Source: Schmidtea polychroa (Eukaryota). From it: a stretch of 64,000 bases of DNA. Location: positions 35,280,001 to 35,344,000 of the forward strand of contig CM097885.1 of assembly GCA_044892525.1 (NCBI GenBank). The letters run 5' to 3'. The first letter of the stretch is position 1. Each line of letters begins with the position of its first letter. Positions 53,106-64,000 of this stretch are shown here, piece after piece. The notes under the pieces are model-generated. The model was not told where the DNA came from, searched no databases, and saw only the letters and a program-made list of their open reading frames with translations. The position numbers and the translations under genes are program-made.

Positions 53106-55624
53106 TATTTACATCTATTTTTATTTATTTATCTTAATTAAATTATTGGAGTCATTGTGTTAAGATCTGTAGTCCCCGTTTTTCGATCTTAACAGTATTG
53201 AAGTAATGTAAAAAAAAACCATAGCGCTCACACAAAATAATACACCTATATATAAGATTATTTAAAACAATAAAGTGATAATTTAAGCCTTTTGCTACGA
53301 ATAATTAATTAATTTAATTTAATCGTTTATTTAATCCTTTTGCTTAATTGAGTAATGAAACTTGAATTTGACTGCATTTGAGAATTTATATGGAATTTCA
53401 TCTACCATATGATTTTCTCAAAAGCGATTTTCGTGTCTTTGCAAGGATTTTTTATCTCATCAAAAGCTTGTAAGAATCTATCTATATTCTAAAATATTGA
53501 AAAAGGGGTTCCGTCGGTTGTTAATATAAAGTGGAATTGAAAACGTAGTGTACTTAGTCAAATATCTTTTATTCTTTGAACAGTTTTTGAACTTCTTTAA
53601 AATAATGCCAGTCTTATTTTTTATTAATTTTTATTCTGAATCCAGAAAAATTTATGCTTCCAGTGTTCCGCGAAAAAAATGACATTTTATCTTTAAATTT
53701 GCATTTAAGATACATATCATCAAAAATCTCAATTAATTTTTTTATAAGATGATTCAATAAGAAAACCGTTACAGAGATATATAAATATACAAATATAAAA
53801 GTGTTTTTATTGATTGTTGTTGTTGCGCGTGGTATTTTCTTTGCTTATAAGAAGGCATTGTTTACGTTTACGAAAGATTTATAGTAATTTGTGATTGGTC
53901 ACTCATTTTGGGCAAGTATTTTTTTGTCAGTGTTCCGCGTAGATATTAATTTTTATATTAATTTTTATATTAATTGATAACAACTGCCCTAGTGCTTGCA
54001 ACACTTCCAGAACATTTTGCAGAACCAATAATTTCCACGTCCGACACTTCATTATCGTCGCAATCAACATCACTGGTATCGAGGATGAAGAATTGTCATC
54101 AAGTTGAAATCAGCAGAATTTATTTTGGTTTCTGTCGAGTTGTACTGTGTTTCACACAATTCTGGATCCAGTGATCGTAACAGACATGGTGGAGTCGATA
54201 AACAATCGACCGCATTTGATACAAACAGCTGCGTCATCCATAGTTGTCAGGATCAACCTTGAATATTACTAATTGTTGATTTTCTAACCTCTCTTCGCAT
54301 TCTTCACCCACATTTCAATCATTCCAAGATTGAACTGGGTAATCATTCGACCTGAAAAGATGAACGTTCATTACTTTTGCTTATATTTTGCTTCATCACT
54401 GACATAGAAAAGCTTAATGTCGTTTATAAAGTTATTTTTCACAAATTCTGGAGCTCTATAAACGGTCTGTCGGAACTTCTTGTTGTTTTTATGCACTTCC
54501 ACTTTAGTGTAACTTTCTATGAACTTCTGCATCAAGAGATTCGTGATTTAATTGACACTGAGGCCGATGACTGAAGCCAATTTTGCAATAATTTCATCAG
54601 TTAAAGTGAGTTTTTCTTTTAAATATGTATCGATCGTTTTCCTCAGCAGAATCTTTTGATTTTTCCGGTTTGAACGTATCGATATTGATGAAACTTCCAC
54701 AAGTGAGAATGAATCTGATTTGTGTTGTAATCAGTTCGTTTGATGAGCTTGCCTTTTGCGTCATCAGAATAAAGATTACATTCCACAGATTGCAATGAAT
54801 TTGCAATTTTGTGTAAGTTCCTCTTGCAACTCTCTATTAATTCGAGGCTTTTTAAATTTAAAATTTCTTTATTGATGATTTATATCCGTCAAAACTGATT
54901 AGCCTAGTTGTTATTTGAAAACTGTCTATCAGAAATCTATTAAAAATTGAATTCAACGAATTTTTTCGATATTTTAAAATCTAGTTTTTGATTCTTTCTC
55001 GTAATTGAATATCTTTTGGACGAGACTCAAAAATGTACAAAATTTACGAGATCCAGATCATGAGACAAGCGAAATCTGTTAGTATAGTATGAAGTCGCTG
55101 TTGAACTCATATTTGTATCTTTTGTGCCAGTTTTATGTTTTATAAGTGCAATAAAGTGGATTATTACTTATTGAATTACTGTGAGTTAATATATTAAATC
55201 AGTTTTAATTAAGTTTTACAATTTATATTTTTTTTCAATCCCAAAAATGACCAATATTGATTTTATAGATATCTGGAAACAGCATTCATCAAATTTGATG
55301 TGGCAGTGTTTTTTTTAAAAGGACAAAATAAACCACTGGGATTGATTAAATTAAAGTGACCAGGTTTTATGGATTGGAATCTGGGACATGTTGAAATCAA
55401 AACCACATAATCCAGGACGACTGGTCACTTTATACTAGACGTCACCATGAATACACACTAATAATGTGTGCATTACGGAATACTAGAACAGGAACACTAT
55501 TTTTATTTATTCACTAGAAAAGTGTGTAAATTGCATATTTAAATTTTTAAAGGCTATATACCAATTATTTAACCTATATTGGTGAAGAAGAGGGCGAAAA
55601 TTTAGTAATGGTAGAAGGTTCAGA

Positions 55625-55723
<99 letters not shown>

Positions 55724-55929
55724 GAAATTGAAAATAATAAATCATAATAATAAAAATAATAAATAATAATAATGAAAATGAAAATAATAATAAATCATAA
55801 TAATAAAAAATAATTAAAATAATAATTAATAAGAAAAATAATATAATTAATAATAATAAAAATAATAACATCAATGATTTTTTAAAAAGAAATAAATATA
55901 TAAAAAATTTTAATAATAATAATAATAAT

Positions 55930-56005
<76 letters not shown>

Positions 56006-56099
56006 GAAAATAACAACATCAATAATTTTTTAAAAATAAATATAAAAATAATATTAATAATAAAAATAATATAATTTTAAAAATAATATAAAATAATAT

Positions 56100-57560
56100 T
56101 AGTTTGAAAGACCAAAATGTTTAAAGAGATTGAGAAGTTTTATGGGACTTACGAATTATTATCGAAGATTCATTGAAAATTATACAAAGTTTTCTAAGAA
56201 CTTGGAGAAACTATGTTGATGTAAACACAAAAAATTAATATTGACAAATGAATGCGAAATAGCGTTTCAAGATATGAAAGAACAATTAATGAGAGCAGAG
56301 TTTCAGATGATGTGTGAAAATTGCATATTACCGCCTTCGCATTCCACAATAAGAGTAAAAAAAACGATAAATGCATACATAACAAAACAATATAACTTTA
56401 TTACTTTTAATTTAATTCATATTTATTATAAAAACATAAAAATCTTAATATATAAGCAAACTATTTTGAAAACAAAAATATTTTTCACAGATGGAACAAT
56501 ATTGTTCAAATTGGACTAGTTATTAAACAATAGAATGGAAATTGTTATGAAAATAACAAATTTCTGTACAATTTTGCCGCCTTTTGTATTTTTCCGCGGT
56601 GGCGCCTGCGTGAAAATCACGCATCGTACCCGCCTCACGCCGGGCCTGAATGAGAGCTCCAAAACTGACTTTCCCGGATTTTAAAAAAGAATTTATATTA
56701 GATACTGATGCAAGCTTTGATAGAATCGGAGCGGTGTTATCACAGTTAGATTCTAATGGAAATGAAAGAGTGATTGCGTATGGATCGCGTGCAATGAGTA
56801 CACACAAATTACGGTATTCCATCACTATAAAATAATTACTTGCAATTTATTATTTTACGTTATATTTTAAACATTATTTATATGGGAAGCGATTTAGACT
56901 TCGAACGGATCACAAGGCAATAACATTTATGCTTAAAACCAAAAAACCTATTACACCACAGTTTCAGACGTGGATTAACCATCTTAGTGGTTTGGATATG
57001 GATTTAGAGTACAGGAAAGGCTAATTACATGTTAATTCTGATTTTTTATCACGGAACGAATGTGACACATACATACAGTGCCAAACAATACACGAAGAAC
57101 CAAAGAAAGGAAGGTTGAAGACAAGAATCCTAGCGTTGATGCTAGGAGATGATGGTCCCATGTGGCAAAAGGACTCTATAGAAATTGCTGATATAAGAGA
57201 AAAAATACTGAAAGGAGAAGAAATCAAATTTGAAATTAACAACAATGTGATAGCAACAAACAGAAGGAAAATATGGATACCGAAGGAAAAGATAAGACAA
57301 TTCGTAGAACACACTCATCAAACCTTATGCCACGCAGGGTGAAGAAAGTACAAGATTATATTTCACAAACATTTGATTTTGAAAATAAACGTGAACAAAT
57401 TGAGATTGTAATCTGCAGTTGTAAAGAATGCCAAAGAAGAAAAACTTTGACAATACGAACAAAAGAAACTATTTTAAAACATAATAATTCGAATTTATTT
57501 GAGACGATTTTTATTGATTTTTGTGGACCTTTAAAGACAACAATTCATGGAAAGATATAT
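56100..57560 (+). mobile_element. Gypsy pol fragment (end of RT, RNase H, start of integrase)
   Basis: LRSFMGLTNYYRRFI, FILDTDAS..IGAVLSQ, RTDHKAI, IFIDFCGPL. Confidence 0.88.
56296..56648. mobile_element. hAT-type MITE inserted in Gypsy pol
   Basis: CAG...CTG ends with an exact 8-bp TSD AATGAGAG. Confidence 0.8.
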
Positions 57561-57662
57561 ATATATAGATAAATTTTGTATTCTAATTTTCCCTAATTTA
57601 ATCAGATTAATAAAATAACATTAACAATCAAATTAATTAAATGAAATCGAAATAGACTGATA

Positions 57663-60600
57663 TTATAACAAATTCATACTTGAGCTCCGATATCGTTTAC
57701 AATTTGGTTTATTGTCAAATTCTAAATTGTTCTGAAAATCAGTACCAAAATGTTCGCTTAAAAACTTATTAATTTTATTCCAGAAAGTTTTATCGAGTGA
57801 GATTGTACTATCGGAATAGATTTTAAAAAATTCTTGACATTTAATAGATGTTAAAGGTTTGTTAAATATATATTTAACAAATTTAATTAGCTCATCATTA
57901 GTACATAATTGATATATTTTCACATAATTTAATTTCTCTTTTTTTAAAAATTCCTTCCTTTTTTCATAAATTGTTCTTGGGCAATCATGATTTAAACAAT
58001 GAAAAGAAACGTTGATAAAATACAAGGCGCATACAACCATTTCAAATGCATCTTTCTCTTCATTATTCACGAGAAGATTCTTAAAAATAATTCCTAAATT
58101 ACTGTTTCTACAAAAATAAGTTATAAGTAAAATATTAAAATGAAAAATTTACTCCAATTCGAATTTGTCAGATAATATAAAATTACAAATGTGTTTATCA
58201 GTCAAACTTAAATTAATTTTGTTTATTTCATTGTAGTATTTACTCATTTGGTTTGTAGTCGAAATCAAAATACGAATCAAAAATCAATTTTTGTTGTAAA
58301 TAATATTATAAAAATATAATTTAATCCAGTATAATTTAACATAAAATACCAAGAATAAAATTGACCTTGGAATTAATTAAACAAATGTGGATTATTTGTA
58401 AATTAATTTTATAACTATAAATTTGAAAGTTAGTTATGCTATTAAATTGTTGATTATATTCTTAAATGATAGAAAATATTACTTTATTTTTCAATGAACT
58501 GACCAAATTTTTCAATTTATGCATATTATATTATGCAAATCGAATAAATTTGCAAAATTTTTACTTCAAGTGCAAATCTTTCATGGTATTCCGTGTTATA
58601 TTTCGGTATTATAGTGTTTCACATAATTTAAACTTTGTATATCTGCATAGTATCAAATAATTTTGATATTTTTAATTTATTGTTTAAATGTGTTGATTCA
58701 GAAGTAACATGGGGAGTGTAAAAGATCCGTCTCAATTGCTAATTCTAACTTCTAATAAGGTAGGATTGAAAAGTTTATTACTCTAACTAATTTTCCTCCC
58801 AAGCGCAATTAATATGAGGTCAAACACTTAGCAACCGCTAATAGGCAACATTGAAAATAGGACACGAGTGTTTGGCTATAAATAAAATGTGAGCTCGGCT
58901 TTAGAAAAAGCTTATAGTTTGACTTCAGTCAGTTTTACTGATTACTTTTTAGAGATATGTGTCTGTGTTCAGATCTTAAAGGATTTCTCTTTGCACTCAC
59001 ATTACACTTTTAGCCTTTATTAAACAATGCTTAACCCTTTCATTCGGGAATTAATTCTGTGGGTAAATTAATTATCTAGACCATCAAACCTAGTAAGGGG
59101 ACTCAAATTATGCAAAAAAATAAAAAAATAATTAAAATTATTAAAATGTACTAGAACAAATTTCAATTTTCTTAAAAAGTACTTCTCACATTATATTTTC
59201 GAAAAGGTACAACAGATATTCAGCAAACAAAACTGTGTACAATATATTGTACACTCCGTATAAAAGGGTTAAATAAGTATTTCTCAAACCAAAGCTCATC
59301 GTGGACCACAAAATATTTGTTTTTTAGGCGGACCAGAGATAAAATTATGTTTAATTTTAAATTTCTTTCTTGTAAAAAATCTGCAAAATTCATTGAGCAA
59401 TAAATATTTATTATTTATTTATTAGTATATATTTATTCTCTGCTAATCACACCCACGTGTGCAGTATTCATTTCTACTGACTTATTTTTTACAGATTTTC
59501 TCAAACCGAAAATATTAGAGCTGCGGAAAGTTGGTTTTAAAATGCTGCTTTAAATTACAAATTAATATTTGGAAACAACTTTCGCATGATATACTTAAAC
59601 TAATTATGTTAGCGTTTGGGTAAAAGACTAACAAAACTAGCAGACGGATTATTGGCTCTCATGAGAACGCCCATGACTTGCGAAATTTTGGCCAGTGTAT
59701 CCATGACAACTGCCATGTTTTTCATGTACACTGTCATAGAAAATAAGGGGACAAGTGAGCTGTTGTATTACAACTACTCTCTGCTATATTTTCTAGTTGG
59801 TTCTTGATGGCCGTTAGAAGGTTTTACGTCCAACTGATCATCTCCTCATTAAGGTGGTAATATTTACCCTATCAACAAAATACCATTAAATGTACACACC
59901 ACTCCCGTTCCAGGTAGGCCCTTTGTTAAAACAATGATTGACATAAAAACTTAAGTCGAAATCATATAATTGAAACAACATAAAATGGTTACTGATAGCA
60001 AAAAACAAGAAGTTAATCCAAAGTGTCCACACATGACCGCAGTTCCTCTGATAAATCTTGGTCGGATTCGGAAATTTGACGAAATCTGGAACGCTTCGTG
60101 AGCCATTCCGCTCGATCTCGGCCATTAAAGCAGTCAGGTCGAACACGTTGTCCTCAGCTGCTAATAAATACTCCTCTTCGGGTAGCTCGAGGGTGACCAC
60201 GAGGGTTTATGGTAATAAAGAGTTGGCTTAACGCATCGATTTCCGCGCTCACTTCTTGGCGTTACGATCATCCCTTGACAAGTTTCGCCTTTTGGGCTTA
60301 AGAACTGCAGGTGCGGGAAATAGGGATGCTTTAATTGATGAACGATGTGGCCACGATAAGCAGGTTTTGTTTGGCCGGAATTGGAACAAAAGATGTCGTC
60401 AGCAACGAAGATCATCCAGCGCAAGATACTGGCATCATTATTTCCAGTGGTATATGAGTCTGGAAAACATTTGCTTGCCATCCGATCTTCAAACCCGAGA
60501 TACGAGAATCAAGCTCGCGCGCTGAATAGATCTGATAGAGCCTGAGATTACTCCCGTATCAAGGTCCTACGGGCCCTACTTTCCGTGATCAGGTTATCAC

Positions 60601-63600
60601 GACAGTGCTCCAGATAATGGATCTTCTGGTTACTTTTTTCATATGGATTGGAGCGAGATCATTTATAAAGGATTAAAATAATGTGATGTCATTGAGTTGG
60701 GTTGCACTCTCATTTTTCTTTACATTCTTGTTATGATTGAGGTTATTATAATTACTATCTTAATTCTATATATTTTTAGCCCCTTATTTTTTATCATTAT
60801 CCTTACCATTATAAGTATTATCATTACGATTATCTTATTATATATTGAAATTAAATACGAAAGATTGATTATAAATGCAAATTATTTACATTGCAAATGA
60901 AATTTTAAGGGAATTTATTTTAGGCAAACGAAAGGAATATCATATTAATGGAATTACATAAATATAAAAAAATCATAATAATTTATGATTTTTTATAATA
61001 AAAAAAGATTTCAAAATACATTTATGTTGAACAAATGGAGCAAAGAGGCATTTTGAAGCATCAAATACAAACAAATTATAAACAATTAATGATAAAAACA
61101 AGACATGCCATATGTTAGAAGCTATAACATTTAATTCTTCTGTCATCAAAATAAATTACTAAGACTATTAAATCCAAAATTATATTTCATTAAATCTGAT
61201 TATATAAACAAATATTCTTGGGACATTTTCTAAATTTTAATTTCAACCAAATATCAACATACCATCGCATTCATACTTGAATTTCAATTTTATTAAAAAT
61301 TATTTTATTTTAAAATTTCAATTATCATTTCAATTTTAATATCTTAAAATAATTTAAGTTTCAATTAAAATTTTACAAATTTTAATCATGAACTAATTTA
61401 ATTTAGTATTTTAATTTTAACTCCTCACACCATACATAATGAGAATAAAGAAATAATAGAAAACTTAGAAATAATGGATTTATAAGGAAATGCGAATCCC
61501 CTCGGAATTCACCGATTGTCTGTGTTGCGAAGAAACGTACAAATAATGTTTGAATGTGCTTAGACTTTAGATTTTTAGTGTTTTAATTATCGTGAATAAT
61601 TTGATACGTTTGTGTGTGTTATTATACGTCTGAAAGATGTCTCATATTTCATGTTTATTATTACTTAATAGTCTTGAACTCTAAAGTGATAAATACATAA
61701 ACTGTTCTCATAAAATAGATTTTAGACTTTGAATTATGAAACACTTACCTTTAATGAAAATCATTTACAAATAATTGGAAATTCATAATAAAAACGACGG
61801 TTTCATTTCATTAAAAATATTATTAACATTAAAAAATCAAAAATGATTTCAAAAATTTTTTAACTTACCATCTGATTTTAATCTTTGTTCTTGTCTCACA
61901 TTCGATTTCAAACGGAAATACAATGGAAATCAATTCGCTGGTATTCTTTAGGTTGTTATTATCATTTTTGTAATTAGTGCTGAATAAATAAAGTGAAACC
62001 TCTAATTCTAGATCAATAAAAGGAAATTGGATATAATTTCCATGAGAAACACATTGACAATGTCATTACACATGCTATTATAAGTTAGAAAATCAATTAA
62101 ATTTAAAGATCTATCCAAACTATAAAATCGAATAACAATATAATAGATGGTGAATAAAATCAATATCACAGACAAACTTATGCTATTTTCAGAGAAATAA
62201 ATAGAAAATCTGCAGTGAATAAGATAAACAATTCAATCACAGAGCAATATAAAGAAAACCAAAAATTTGAAAAAATCGAAATTTGGTATAGAAAAAATTT
62301 TCGTAATTTAAAGTTGAGAAAAATTGTTTTCTTACAAATAATGTTCATTTTCCACAGATAAATAACATTCCAATTCTGGACTTTATCGATTGACAACTTT
62401 TACATATTCCTTTTCGATACAGTTTTTTTTCAATTTTGCATTTCCTACAAACTTGCCTTGTGTTTCTGTCATCGATTATCTTTTTATGTGGTGAACCCGA
62501 CTGTCGAGCTTCTTCGTTGTGGGTGGTCTGTTTTTGAAGTGTTTTGTTTCGGTCATTTTCCAGTCGCGAATAATTTCCAGTATTTTGTGGATATCTATTC
62601 GACGGGCTTTGTCTATTATCATGTGTATCGGTAATTTTTTTACTATAACATTTTTCACATTTTCTTTGATGCTTTTCACATTCAGTACAATTCCATTGAT
62701 TATTTCTATTTGGAACATTTTCTATCCTTTTTTCATCCCTAATCAAATCTTCTTCAGTATTATGTTTCTTTGTTTTTGGTTCTTTTGGAACATTTTCATT
62801 GTCATTAGAATGCATTCGTTTAATAGGTTGATTATTCTTATTAGGAATTTGTGGATTTCTATTCGATGGGCTTTGTCTATTATCATGTTTATCGGTAATG
62901 TTTTTACTAGAACATTTTTCACATTTTCTTTGATGCTTTTCACATTCAGTACAATTCCATTGATTATTTCTATTTGGAACATTTTCTATCCTTTTTTCAT
63001 CCCTAATCAAATCTTTTTCAGTATTATGTTTCTTTGTTTTTGGTTCTTTTGGAACATTTTCAGTGTCATTAGAATGTATTCGTTTAAAAGGTTGATTATT
63101 CTCATTAGGAATGTGTGAATAATTTCTAGTTTTAGGATTAATCTTATTAGGAATTTGTGGATTTCTATTCGATGGACTATTATCATTTTTATTGGCGTTT
63201 CTTTTCCCAGAACAATTTTCACATTTCTTTTGAAGTGTAGCACATTCATTACATTCCCATTGACTTTTGACCAACTCTTTTTCAGTACGGTGTTTATTTT
63301 TAAATTCGTTTACATATTTCCTTGGAACATAACAAGCATTACAATTTGCTGAACTACTTTCATTTACAAGACTACATTTGGAACATATCCAAGTATCGAT
63401 AAGTGACTTGGAACCTCTGGGAATTAATTCTTCATTCTCATGGTTTGAAAAACTATTCTCGTCCGAAGAAACATCAAAGTTGTTGTCTTTTTCACATTTC
63501 AAATTATTCTCTTCATTATTGTTAAATATATTTTCATCGATGACATTATTTTCTATGGGGACTGGAACTGAAACTTCATATAAAGTGAAACATAATTCGC

Positions 63601-63739
63601 AATTTTTTGAACTAATTTCGTTGGAAAAACTACATGCCTTACATACCCAAGTATCTTTTGTGTTTTTAATTAAATCATCAGACAAATCATTATTATACTC
63701 AACTGATTCATCACCATCAGAGAAATTTGTCTCGACCAT
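57663..63739 (-). CDS. Multi-exon host gene with RanBP2/NZF-type zinc fingers (large exon 63739-~62345; further putative exons near 61980-61870, 58250-58153 and 58108-57680)
   Basis: WVCKACSFSN..CELC and WICSKCSLVN..CNAC, plus three W-x-C-x2-C-x6-C-x2-C repeats; downstream GT-AG-bounded open segments. Confidence 0.7.
59035..59268. mobile_element. piggyBac-type MITE
   Basis: TTAA|CCCTTT...AAAGGG|TTAA. Confidence 0.8.
59886..60481 (-). other. GC-elevated orphan coding-like segment (two overlapping ORFs, one frameshift)
   Basis: ORFs 60161-60481 and 59886-60200; no family recognised. Confidence 0.35.
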
Positions 63740-64000
63740 TAAATCCTGAATTTAATTTTATTATTTACACAATATATTATGAGCTTCAACATTTACATCA
63801 GACATTAAATATTAAGTTAGTGCAGCAAAATACCAAATTTCATACGGACTTCTCATTTCACTTATGATCAATGTTCCCACTAAGCTGACATGCTAAGGTC
63901 AAAAAAGAAAATTTAGGCGCAAATGGACTGCAAAAAACTAATGAGATCATAAGGTTAGATCGTAGGCAATGCTTGGACTCATAATTTGATCCTAGGATAT

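Noticed and set aside
62519..63749. Hydrophobic plus-strand ORFs (also 8267, 14176, 44885, 45355)
   Set aside because: Antisense shadows of real coding frames.

Overview
Very AT-rich (roughly 27-30% GC, estimated by eye) eukaryotic genomic DNA. It is probably from a metazoan and plausibly a planarian flatworm, judging from 41-47 nt introns and (AAT)n/(TA)n tracts; this is inference only. No rRNA, tRNA or CRISPR was seen. The left 31 kb is a nest of Polinton/Maverick (adintovirus-like) endogenous virus pieces interleaved with Gypsy, hAT and non-LTR remnants. These pieces carry chromodomain integrase, A32-like packaging ATPase, pX-like core protein, penton, a major capsid fragment and protein-primed PolB, and share 5'-AGTAGGGTAA termini. 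The most notable signal is that this Polinton lineage has spliceosomal introns in its genes and an adenovirus-like host-manipulation cargo block. That block includes an intact two-exon tail-anchored Bcl-2 homologue, a minimal TATA-binding-protein homologue, a probable SSB, a type I membrane glycoprotein remnant and a DEDDh exonuclease; several of these genes have CCAAT/octamer-type promoter motifs. The window also holds a ~3.7 kb palindrome centred on a 276-bp Polinton-ended mini-element, an insert fusing SNF8 and PSMA6 fragments, an RT-less Gypsy with 115-bp LTRs and a 3.2-kb TG..CA element carrying one orphan ORF. Host genes are an EF-hand calaxin-like gene, caspase p20 exons and a RanBP2-type zinc-finger gene.
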